Below are positions 29,111 through 41,556 of a stretch of DNA of 64,000 nucleotides, piece after piece. The stretch lies in NCBI RefSeq assembly GCF_009914755.1, contig NC_060931.1; one strand, 5' to 3'. The notes beneath the pieces are model-generated. The model was given only the letters and a program-made list of their open reading frames with translations, was not told the origin of the DNA and ran no database searches. This DNA is from the human T2T-CHM13v2.0 reference genome, Homo sapiens. The translations under genes were made by a program, and so were the position numbers. How positions within the stretch are numbered: position 1 is the first letter of the stretch; each line of letters begins with the position of its first letter.

Positions 29111-29847
29111 TGTCACTGCCCAACATGTTCATCTTGCCTGCTGCCCAGATAGAGCCGAATTGTCAAGACAGGGGAATGGCAATACAGAAAGAGTATAATA
29201 CGCGTCAAGCTGGCTAAATGGGAGACTAGAATTTTGTTATTACTCAAACCAGCCTCCCTGAAAATTTAAAGGCTAGACTTTTTCAAAGACAGTTTGGTGG
29301 GCAGGGGCTACGGTATGGGTGCTGCTGGTTTGGTTGGGGATGTAATCGCAATCATAGAGTTGTGGAAAATGGTCCTCTAGTGCTGACTCTGCTTCTGGCT
29401 GGGGATAACAGGACCAGTTGTCAAGCGTTGTGGGTCCAAGTGGGGCCATCAGGTCATTAGAAATGCAAAAGTTTTAAAAGACATCTTAAAAGGCCACTCT
29501 TAGGTTCTACAACAGTAATGTTATTTACAGGAGTAATTGAGGAAGTTGCAAATCTTGTGACCTCCAAAACGGCTGATAATTGGTTAACTATACCTACATC
29601 TTAGCAGAATTCAGGACCCCCTCATAATCCTAAACTTGTGGCCTTTTATTAGTTTTATAAAGGCAGTTTAGTTTGGGGAAGAGCTATTATCATTTAAACT
29701 ATAAACTAAATTTCTCCCAAAGTTAGCTTGGCCCACGGCCCGGAATGACCCAGGGCAGTCTGGAGGTTCAAGGCAAGATACAGTTGGTTAGGTCAGATCT
29801 CTTCACTGTCATAATTTTCTGTTACAATTTTTACAAAGGTGCTTTCA
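29111..29847 (-). mobile_element. Solo LTR8 (LTR8A/8B-like, ERV1) inserted in L2
   Basis: Minus strand starts TGAAAGCACCTTTGTAAAAATT...GAGATCTGACCTAACC; TG...CA ends; perfect 4-bp TSD gtgg. Confidence 0.85.
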
Positions 29848-30917
29848 GTGGGACCATGTCCAGCGTGATGGGCAAAGCCAGTGGGGAGTACAGCAGTGTA
29901 AGAGGACAATACCATGGCTCTTAGATCTGAGGAAGAGACTCTTTTGTTTATAAAGCACATTGTTTGCAATGTTAACACACCACTCACATTTATATCTAAT
30001 GTAAAATATGTCAGAAATCTCTGAGCAAATCAAAGTACCTATATGCAACCTTTGTTGCCTAATAACTAACCCTGATTGTTATTTTACACTTGGCTTTGTT
30101 CTTTTCATACTGCAGCAGCAAGTTTAATTTTTTGAGATCAAAGAACTGTCAGTAGCATAATTGCTCAGTAAAAGTATTTTTAGCAAGTCTTCATTAGAAG
30201 GATACTTACCTGCTGCATTTCATTTGAACTAGTGGATCTATTCTACTGCTGACAGATTGCTTTAATTTCTTCCTTGAGGTCTCAAAACCAGGTAAGCCTA
30301 TTTCTTAGAGTTACAACCCAAATTATTAGTTTACCTGTTACGCAGCACATAAAATAAGTCAGACACCAACCTTACCAAGGTAATGTAGCTCTAACTCTGG
30401 TGGGTAGACAACTCCCAGCTCTTAAATCACCTCCACACTGAAGTTTTGCTCTCGTTCCAAACTCAGAGAGGTAGATTCTATATCTTTGCACTCCCCAAAG
30501 TATTTTCTGTTATTTTATGTTCTAACACTATAGTTACACTATGTATTTTGAAATTTGTAAAATTTTATAAAACTAAACCATAATACAATCAACATGTTTA
30601 CCTTCCCCACTGGACTCTGAGTAGCTAAGGACTGGGATAATTCCTTTAGTCATTTGTGTATTCTCAACGTCTAATGGCTGAGGTAGACATTCCTAACATT
30701 TGTGCTTCTTTTATCCTTCAAGACTCCTGGGAGGATGACACTTTGTTGGTCCCTTAAATGACTGAGACCATGTAACATGCTTCGACCAATGAAATACAAG
30801 CAAAAGTCACCTTGGCCAGAGTATTTAAAAGCCCATGTGCAATTCTCCATTATTTCTTCACATGCTGCATTCATTGTGGAGGAAGATGGTGACAGGGAAA
30901 CATACACACAGAGCTGC

Positions 30918-31491
30918 TGTTACAGTTGGTAGCTAGTCAGACATGAGCAGGGCAGAAGAGGTGCCCCCACCACCAGGAATGTCAGAAGACCATCAGGTGA
31001 GGATCAGGCTTTTGTTAACTGTCTGTAAAATAATAATTGATCAGAGCCAGCACCAGGGAAAGGCGGCCTCCCAATTCATAGAAAAAACCTGAAGCTGGTG
31101 ATCAGCAGCTTCCAGATAAGATCTCAGGAGGTGGGTGAGTGGGCTCAAGCATGCGCACTAAGAGGCAAAACGATGGAGTTTAACTGGTGTATGACCTTAT
31201 GGGAACACTCGACTGGTAAGGGAAGAACGCCTCAAGTGAGCATGCATACAACTTCAGTAAATACACTGTGCATGCAGCCCCTCCCAACTGCTAGCAAGCA
31301 ACTGCAGACACTCCACCCCAGAGGAAGAATCAGCGGAGAAAGGATGCAACTGTTATCAATAAACCTTCACTCCTGCTCTAAAACTTGCTTCGGTCTCTCA
31401 CTCTGCCTTATGCCTCTCAGTTGAATTCTTTCTTCTGAGGAGGCAAGAACTGAGGTTGCTGAAGACCTGTACAGATTCACAGCCAGTAACA
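30918..31491 (+). mobile_element. Solo MER50 LTR nested in an MLT1 LTR (about 30690-31630)
   Basis: tgttacagttggtagctagtcagacatgagcagggcag...gtaaca; TSD ctgc/ttgc; flanks are MLT1-like. Confidence 0.8.
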
Positions 31492-33177
31492 TTGCCACAG
31501 AGAAGACAGCTCCCCTGAAGAGCGTCCGGATGCAAAATGTTTTAGTAAGAAAGAAAGAAAGTGTTGTGTTAAACTACGAAGTTTTTGTTGGGGTTTTGTT
31601 ATTGCAGCAAAAGCTGCAATAACCATCCTGATGGACACATTAGAGTAAGTGCATGACACAGATTTTAGAAGGAAGAAAAGATACCAGGAAATGCAAAAGA
31701 GGGTGACTGCATCAAACGGCAGTCTGGGATGTGAGGGACAGGTGCTGCCTCCAGTACACACAACAACTAAAATCATTAATCCACTTTCCTTTGTCTTGTG
31801 TTTAGCCTTATATTCCCAAAGCTATTATAATTGTTTAAATAGAAGCTTCTACATTTATTACAATCATTACAAAATGAAACTGGTTTTGACTTTCACAATT
31901 TCACTTCTCACCTGAGCAATACCTTCTCATATGTATCCTTTGACCAAGGCAGAGGTCACTATTTAAAGCAGGTAGTTTTGAAAATATTATGCTAATCAGC
32001 AATCAACACATTTGTAACTCTCCACCCCCTAAAGCAGACCAGGTGGATGGTTACTCAAGCCTTTGCAACAGTTCCCCTTTTCTTCTTATGGGAAGTGGGG
32101 AATGTGAGAACTTAAATATTCTAAAAAAAATTAATAGATTGGGTGGGGTGAGGGCTTCTCTGACAGTTTTAACATGCAGAGGTGTGCTTCAATCATCCAA
32201 ACTCCTGAAAAGGGCATCAAGCACCCTCTCCCATTCCAAATGGAGCCCTCAGCTGGGGCCAGGCAAACTGATGGTTTGGTGCCAGGATGAAGAAACAGGA
32301 GTGCTGTGCTGGGAAACAATGACAGCAAACAAGCGCCTGAGCTGATTCAGAGAAGAGAGACTGGGAAAACAGCCCACCAGAGAAGCCTCCAGGAGAAAAG
32401 CTCGGGAGAGGAGAACAAGACAACAGGAACCACAAAGCCAAAGGAAATCTAACCCAAAGTGAAGATGGATAGCTCATCCAAGGGGAAGTAAGGAGATGAA
32501 TCTTCACAAACCAGGAAGAAGGCCGATCAGAGACTTCTGAAGGCCAAACCAGAGAAGGAGATGGTAAGCACAGAAAGTGGACCTGAGTCTCTGAACTGGA
32601 AAAACTCCTTTCCCAGCTAGGGGGACAGGGAGAACATTCACTCTAGACTGGAGGTGAAAACAAGATGGATTTGCAGGAACCATCCTTGCCCCAGGGTCTG
32701 AGCCTGGAAAAGGGATTCCTGTATGTCTGGGTCCCCCAGCCCCCACAGCCCTTCCTCCACACTGAGCTCCTCCTTGTTCCCTGACCAGGGCTTGGATTCT
32801 CTTACCAGGGTATTCCGCACTAGAACCCCCTCTCCTCTTCCCTCTGGTCCGTTCCCCCTAAGAGGTGATGCACAGGCATGGCCACTTCCTGGAAGCCTTC
32901 AACTGGGAATGCTCTACCTCCTTCCTGGCAGATTTGGGCTCCTGTCCTCTGGGCTTCCATTTGCTTGTCTTCTCCAGGTACCCAGCAACCAAGCTTTACT
33001 GGAGAAATGACCAGAAAGAAGAGAAAATGGAGCAAAACCAAAGGGTTCATACACTTGAACTTGTGCCACACTGAGTAACACGAGGTGACTTATCATTATG
33101 GCCTCAGCTGCATGAGGTCATCCCTTGACTCCCTCACACATCCATGTTTTCTGACATATAAATATAAGAAAACCCAG

Positions 33178-35449
33178 TGTATTACTCTGTTTTCACACTG
33201 CTGATAAAGACATACCCAGGACTGGGCAATTTACAAAAGAAATAGGTTTAATGGACTTGTTCCATGTGGCTGGGGAGGCCTCAGAATCATGGCAGAAGGT
33301 GAAAGGCACATCTCACATGGCAGCAGACAAGAGAAAAGAGCTTGTGCAGGGAAACTCCCCTTTTTAAAACCATCAGATCTCATGAGACTTATTCACTATC
33401 ATGAGAACAGCACAGGAAAGATCTGCCCTGTGATTCAATTACCTCCCACCGGGTTCCTCCCACAACACGTGAGAATTCAAGACGAGATTTGGGTGGGGAC
33501 ACAGCCAAACCATATCATTCCACCCGGCCCCTCCCAAATCTCATGTCCTCACATTTCAAAACCAATCTTTCCTTCCCAACAGTCCCCCAAAACATTAGCT
33601 CATTTCAGCATTAACTCAAAAGTCCACAGTCCAAAGTCTCATCTGAGACAAGGCAAGTCCCTTCTGCCTATGAGCCTGTAAAATCAAAAGCAAGTTAGTT
33701 ACTTCCTAAATACAACGGGGGTGAAGGCATTGAGTAAATACAGCCATTCCAAATGGGAGAATTGGCCAAAACAAAGGGGCTACAGGCCCTGTATCAGTCC
33801 AAAATCCAGCAGGGCTGTCAAATCTTAAAGGTCCAAAATGATCTCTTTTGACTCCATGTCTCAAATCCAGGTCATGCTGATGCAAGACAGGGCTCCCACA
33901 GCCTTGGGCAGCTCCACCCCTGTGGCTTTGCAGGGTATATTCCCCTCCAGGCTGCTTTCACAGGCTGGTGTTGAATGTCTATGGCTTTTCCAGGGGCACA
34001 GTGTAAGCTGTTAGCAGATCTACCATTCTGGGGTCTGGAGGACAGTGGCCTTCTTCTCACAGCTCCACTAGGTGGTAGAGAGCTGTCCCCCAGTAGGGAC
34101 TCTGTTTAGGGGCTCCCACCCCACATTCCCCTTCCACAATGCCCTAGCAGAGGTGCTCCATGAGGGCCCTGCTCCTGCAGCAAACCTCTGCCATTTCCAT
34201 ACATCTTCTAAAATCTAGGCAGAGGTTCTCAAACCCCAATTCTTGACTTCTGTGCACTCACAGACTCAACACAACGTGGAAGTTGCCAAAGCTTGGAGCT
34301 TCCACCCTCTGAAGCCAAAGCCTGAGCTCTATGTTGGCCCCTTTCAGCCATGGCTGGAGCAGCTGGGACACAGGACACCAAGTTCCCTAGGCTGCACACA
34401 GCACATGGACCCTGGGCCCAGCCCACCAAACCACGTTTTCCTCCTAGGCCTCTGGGCCTGTGATGGGAGGGGCTGCAGTAAAGGTCTCTGACACCTTGGA
34501 CCTTTTTCTGCTTCACAACAGAAAAACCCTGGAGATATTTTTCCCATTGTCTTGGGGATTAACATTAGGCTCCGCATTACTTATGCAAATTTCCGTAGCT
34601 GGCTTGAATTTCTCCTCAGAAAATGGGATATTCTTTTCTATCACATTGTCAGGCTGCAAATTTTCCAAACTTTTATGCTCTGCTTCACTTATAAAACTGA
34701 ATGCCTTTAACACCACCCAAGTCACCTCTTGAATGCTTTGCTGCTTAGAAATTTCTTCTGCCAGATACCCTAAATCATCTCTCTCAAGTTCAAAGTTCCA
34801 CAAATCTCTAGGACAGGGGCAAAATGCCACCAGTTCTTTGCTAAAACATAACAAGAGTCACCTTTGCTCCAGTTCCCAACACATTCCTCGTCTCCATCTG
34901 AGACCACCTAAGCCTGGACTTTATTGTCCATATCACTACAAGTATCTTGGGCAAAACCATTCAACAAGTCTCTAGGAAGTTCCAAACTTTCCCAAATTTT
35001 CCTGTCTTCTTCTGAGCCCTGCAAACCGTTCCAACCTCTGCCTGTTACCCAGTTCCAAAGTCGCTTCCACATTTTCAGGTATCTTTTCAGTAGTGCCCCC
35101 ACTCTACTGGTATCAATTTACTGTATTAGTCCGTTTTCATGCTGCTGATAAAGACATACCCTGGACTGGGCAATTTACAAAAGAAAGAGGTTTAATGGAC
35201 TTACAGTCCGCATGGCTGGAGAGGCCTCACAATCACGGAGGAAGGTAAAATGCACGTCTCACATGGTGGTAGACAAGGGAAAAGAGCTTCTGCAGGGAAA
35301 CTCCCCTTTTTAAAACCATCAGATCTCATAAAATTTATTCACTATCACAAGAACAGCACAGGAAAGATCTGCCCCCATGATTCGGTTACCTCCCACCGGG
35401 TTCCTCCTACAACACATGGTAATTCAAGATGAGATCTGGGTAGGTATCA
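33178..35449 (-). mobile_element. Full-length THE1A (MaLR) provirus: 3' LTR 33178-33517, internal 33518-35121, 5' LTR 35122-35449
   Basis: Two closely similar LTRs (tgtatta...ctgctgataaagacatacc...tatca) flank a THE1 internal region; near-TSD acccag/acccaa. Confidence 0.92.
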
Positions 35450-36499
35450 ACCCAACTACCCAGAAAGAGAGGGAAAAAAATTCCAGGGTTGATTTTTCCT
35501 CATAGAGAATTTTTCTTATACCTAAAGAATTGTAACAACAGAAAATTTGAGATTGGGGGCTTGTTTTGTCTTTATATATTTCATTTATTAAGACAAGGTA
35601 TTCAGATGTTGGTACCCAACCTTTACCACCCCAATATTATTTACAAAAGCTCTGAAATAGTTTCAACCTAGCATGACATTTCAATATAAAAGAACTAATA
35701 AACACGCAGAATTGGTATTAGTATGTGTGGTAGTCCTGCTTCATGGTGAGGTTACTGTAGAAGATGATCTGGATGACCCCCCAAACCATGAAAAATGTGT
35801 TTTATCTCACCAACACGCCCATTGCTGGAACCTATGGGCAAAGGAACCAAAGGTGTAATTATCCTATTCGACTATTTGTTACTTCATGAATGTAGTTTTG
35901 GCAGGCATTTCAGAACATGTTCAATACACGGTGACAAAATTTAGCAAGATCAAAGTCCCACATAAAGGTTTTATAATTCCTGCGTATAAGCTGACGATGC
36001 TGAGGGTGTCTGCGGAAAAAAAAAAGCAGGGGCAGAAAAAACATTGCTAGGCAATTGCAGAGAAGGAATGCCAATTCCTCATATAACAGCTTCTCCGATT
36101 CCAAACCCTAGCCACCCATGTTTATGCACAGAAATGGCCCTTGATTCACATTCAAGTAGTCCTAGCTTCTAACCAGAGGTCCAGGGACCCCTCAGGACCC
36201 TCTACGGTGAAGCCCAGCATCACTTTCAAGGCCAGGCCTTCCCTTGCCTCTCCCTCTATCCTCCACCCAAAGAGGGATTGGGCCTCTCTGCCTTGCCATC
36301 ATACTTGCCAGTGCCCATTCTGTTCACGAGTTTCTTCTCACCATGGCTACACCTCCCATTGTCACATTTTCTAGCATGGCTCTTACCTGGGCTCCTCCAT
36401 CCATCAAGGGTCCTCTAGAAAACAGCCTATCAAAGATGTGTGGGCAAGGTTCAGAGGCCCAAGGAGATGCTACAGCACAAAGGGACCAGTCATGACAAG

Positions 36500-36832
36500 C
36501 CTTGAACAGTTCGAGGCCTGACAGCCAAGGGGAGACACAGCTGTACTGGAGGCTGGAGAGAGGTGACGCGATTGAGGAGGGACTGCCCAGGGTCAGCTGC
36601 CATTATAGGCGGTCACAGACACTGCAAGCACCACAGAGAAAAAGAGAGCAAGCAGGAAGAATAGATACTGCTGGCCTCTTGCTCCTCCTGACCTACCACT
36701 GACTGAACCCAACCTAAGCCAGAGGGCAACAGAGTCCTGGTGATGAACATCCACAAAGGCAGCCTCCACGGTGCAGACCAGAACAGGGAAGGGCAGAGAG
36801 GACTCAGGATGGACAAACAGAATAGCCAGCAT
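36500..36832 (-). mobile_element. Old ERVL LTR fragment (LTR33-like)
   Basis: gaacccaacctaagccagagggcaa...ggacaaacagaatagccagca; family name tentative. Confidence 0.45.
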
Positions 36833-37073
36833 AGCTGCCATGGGCGATGATGCTCCAAATCCTCCCCACTTTTTTCTTTTTTTAAACTGCCAGTTACTCT
36901 GCAGAAACCACCAAGGGGGAGTTTCCAAAATTATTCATTCAATAAAGTTCTTATAGTCAGAGTCCTCTATTTGGGTCTGGCCTTCATCACGGAGGTGGTA
37001 AACAGCCAGGCATACTCCTGACCTAAGCAATGTTCTGATGATGACAGTCACCAAACTTTTGAGGCCTTCTAGT

Positions 37074-37258
37074 CCAGTGTTACAAAGTGTGGTCTGTGGA
37101 TGCAGCAACAGCATACCCTAAAACTTGATAAAAAGGCAGATGATTGGGCCCTGTCCATGAGCTGTTGAACCAAAGTCTCTAAGGCTGAGGCCCTGGAATA
37201 TGTGTTTTAACAAGCCCTCCAGGGATTCTGATGCAGGCTTCAGTTTGAGAAGTTCCGC
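37074..37258. mobile_element. MER5A
   Basis: caaagtgtggtctgtgga...ttttaacaagccctccagggattctgatgca...agtttgagaa. Confidence 0.8.
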
Positions 37259-39719
37259 TTTAGCCCCACCCTTCACCGCAGCCTGAGGCTAACTTCTCAG
37301 AGACCCTGGACTGAGAAGCCCAGCCTAAGGGGCTCCTGACTCTTAACTTCCTCATGATGACCTTCAGCAGGATACCAATTGTGGAGCCTCAGTTTTCTTA
37401 CTTAATTTCTACCAATATAACCAGTAAGATCTCTTTCAGCTCTTCAGAGAGACTAACTCTGGAATCCCTCAGATCTGCAATTTCAGGCACTGATGATGAT
37501 GACAGCAATGACAACAGCAGCAGCTCAGGCTTACTGAGCATCCTCTACATAACTAGGTGGGCACTGCCTGTGATTCACAGACGGTGAGGCCGCAGCATAT
37601 AGAAAAGCTCAGTAACTTTTGAGTCTATTAAAAAAAAGACTTTATTCCAGTTATGAAAATAGTAAAATAAGAATGTATATGAAAGCGCTTTGTGAAGGTA
37701 AAGCATTATATAAACCACGACAGAGTGAACACACAACTGCAGTTGGGCTTTTTTAAGATCTAGCTTCATTTGAGATACTCAAGGTAGATTAGAATATGTC
37801 TAGGCAGCTTTTTTTTTTTTTTTTTTTTTTTAGAGAGTTATGTGCCAAGAGCAGTGGGAAATTTGAATGCTTAAACAGTACCCAAAAGAAGAGAAAACCA
37901 CCTGGTAAGATCTCTGACAGACACATAGGGTTGCTGCCACTAAGTACTCTTCTGACACCTCTCCTAGAATTCTGTTTATGGCCAAACAAACCATTTAATC
38001 TTCTAGAAACAGATTTATAGATGTGTTCTTTTTACTCTTTTGATATGACAGATTCTTGATTTAATTAGATCCCTTTCCCATTTTCAAATGCTCCCTCTGC
38101 TAATGCATTAACTTCTCCCTCTCCAACTGAAGAGATGTGGTTAATATTAAACACCCATCTTTCCATTTGTCTAAGATTCACCCCAAAGTGTCCTACTGGT
38201 TGAGGTGTCATCTCAACACAGAACACTGCTTGGACCTTGGCCAGACAAGGAACAAGAAATAAAACCTGATTCCCTATCCCACCATTGGTTCCCATGATAG
38301 AATACTGGTATTCCATTTTAGAGACAGAGACTCACAGAGGTTATTTGATTTACTCCAGGTCATGCAGCCCTTAAGTGGTAAGCTCATTTTAAAAAATGTT
38401 CTCTTACACCCACAGCCAAACTGCATTTTAATAGATTGAAACAGGCATCATACTTCCCCTAATCTCCAAAAGTTATTATTATATCCTCTTCTCAACGTAA
38501 AAAAAATTTTTTTGCAGATTTCATTCCTATGTACAAATTCACAGCACAATATAATGAGTCAACCATTTGCAGTGTTTGTTCATTACAGTCAACATTTAGA
38601 GTGTCAGAGCAAGCAGAAGTGATAAGCTGTTCACTTCCCTCAACAGTAATGAGAGATAAAATAAATTTGCCGTCAGCACCAAAGTCCTAAGTGTTAGGCA
38701 ATCACAAGTATTTGCATGTACACCTCATAACAGCTGCAGGTAAATGATTTGACAAGGTCAAATTCAACTGAACAACAAAACCACCAATGGACTGAGTTTA
38801 AGTTGCTAGACCAGTTGGAAAAAAATACAGGAAGACAACCAACTAGGATGCAAAAACCCTGGTTTTCAGAATTGTAACTTTAGTAAAGATTTGTTTTGCC
38901 TTGGTAGAAGTCCTGAATGATATTTTCTCTACAGATAATACAAACAGTACAAAATGAAAAGGATTTTATAAGCAAGAAGTCAATGTCCCATGAACAAAGC
39001 AGATGAATACAAAACAGATTAACTGAGTCACAGAAGGTAAGATCTGCCAACTCACTATACAAATTACAGTGACTCAAAGGCATGTCTATATCTAATGTCA
39101 TTTAGTTATATTCATGGTTCTCAGTTTTAGGAAATTTATATGGAAAGTTTAACTTTTAAATTTTGCTCTCCTAAAAAAAGCTGTAAGAAAACTGATAATT
39201 ATGTATATACACACACAGACACACACACATATATATATTTTAACCCCCTGCCCCCACTTACAATTTTGGTTTCTTCCACCTTCAACATTACTCTAAGGCT
39301 ATTAATGCTTTTTGTAGGAAAAAATTTAAATTTATTCTCTTCTCACATTTAGATCATTACCTAAGCAATATCAGTGTTCATATAGATTGTTAATATAATC
39401 TTAATTTACATTTTTCACACTTCATAAATAAATTGGGATTGTTTGTATACCCCATGTTAAAGCTGTGATTTACTATGATATTTCTATAAACTATGTAGCT
39501 ATATTTTTTAAATAAAACACATGGCTTACCATAGTTCCTTTATTCAAGGACACCAATAATTTTAAGATATACCATCAATTTAATAATAGCTTTATAGGGA
39601 GCAAAACAGTAAGTACTTCTTCAAATGATCACAGCAACCGTAAGATACATCTCAATTTTGAAAGTGTCAAAATGAAAAAAAAGAGACTCTAATCAAGGAC
39701 ATACATTAATTATCTTATT

Positions 39720-39980
39720 TAGAGAGAGGATGCAGAAGAAGTGTTAGACTGTATAATATGGAGTCAGCCTTCTTGGGTTCAAATTTGACTCCTTCTCTTA
39801 TTGGGTGATCTTAGGCAACTCAACCTATGCCTCATTTTTCTCTTCGGGAAAAGAAGACCATGAGACCATCTGCGACATAAGATTGTTGTTACCAGGTCTA
39901 AATGAGTTACTGTTCTTAAAGTACTTCAAACAACCTGATATGATAAATGTTATATTAGGATTTGTTAAATATTAATAGTT
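39720..39980 (+). mobile_element. MIR
   Basis: tgggttcaaat...tgatcttaggcaac...gcctcattttc. Confidence 0.6.
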
Positions 39981-40915
39981 ATCATCATTTTCAGCACCAC
40001 CACCTACCAGGGCTTACCGAAGCATTTGCTATATTTGGAGGTGAATGATTTCCAATTCAACACCAGTAAAATATTTTGATTCAAAAAAAATTTACTAGCA
40101 ACTGAATGAGTACTTATATCAAGTTTTTAGAGGAAAAGGAGAGAAAAGGTAAAATAATTGTAAAACCATGATGCTGCTTTCTGGAAGGCAAGTTAGAGAA
40201 GCACTTTCTAACCAGGGGTCTTGTGGCACAGGCTTCAGAACATCCACAAGCCCTCTGAAATGAGATGCAAAATTATGTCTGAATGTGCATTTCTTTTGCT
40301 GTGCTATCTTTTGATTCTCAAAAAGGCCTGGAATCCCCCCACCCACAACAAAAACAATTAAGAGTAATTCCATGCAGGTAATCATAGTGCATTAAAAGGT
40401 AAACATACCAAAATTTAATTTCATTAAAAGATACTGTGTATTCTCAATGATTTTATTCTATTGTAAATAGGTTCAGTTACTTTGACAGGTATGTGTACTT
40501 CCAACTTCCTAATCTCAAGTTGCTTAAATATCAAGCATGTTACCATCAGAAACATAAATCCTGGGTTACAAGGAACTCATTCTACCTCTTCCAGTTTTTC
40601 ATACAGGCCAGAAAAGGAGCTTGCATGCCTTATAAATCTCCAAGTAGATGTGTACTATGGAGCTGAGAAAACAATGACTTCTAGGATGAGTCATCCCAAA
40701 CCTTCATGTTTCTTGTCCAATGGCTGGTATTGCTGGGAGATGGCTGACAGCTACTCTGCTCAAGCCATGGCCAAAGCTTCTGAGTAAAGACTGATCCCTT
40801 CTCATGAAGACAGAGGGTACATTGGTGGTTACCAGAGGCCAGGAAGGGTAGTGGAGAGGAGGGGATGAAGAGAGTTTGATTAACAGGTACAAATATACAC
40901 TTAGATATAAGTGAT

Positions 40916-41556
<641 letters not shown>

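Noticed and set aside
30202-30212. ATACTTACCTG as the start of a U1 snRNA gene or pseudogene
   Set aside because: Identity stops after 11 nt (no GCAGGGGAGA continuation); better read as a minus-strand donor site.
33289-35432. Several ORFs in the THE1A element
   Set aside because: Short, broken frames of a decayed non-autonomous MaLR; not host genes.
30135-35955. Two AGATCAAAG TCF/LEF motifs (30135, 35947) suggesting Wnt feedback
   Set aside because: Isolated 9-mers in 64 kb of AT-rich DNA are near chance expectation and are not clustered.
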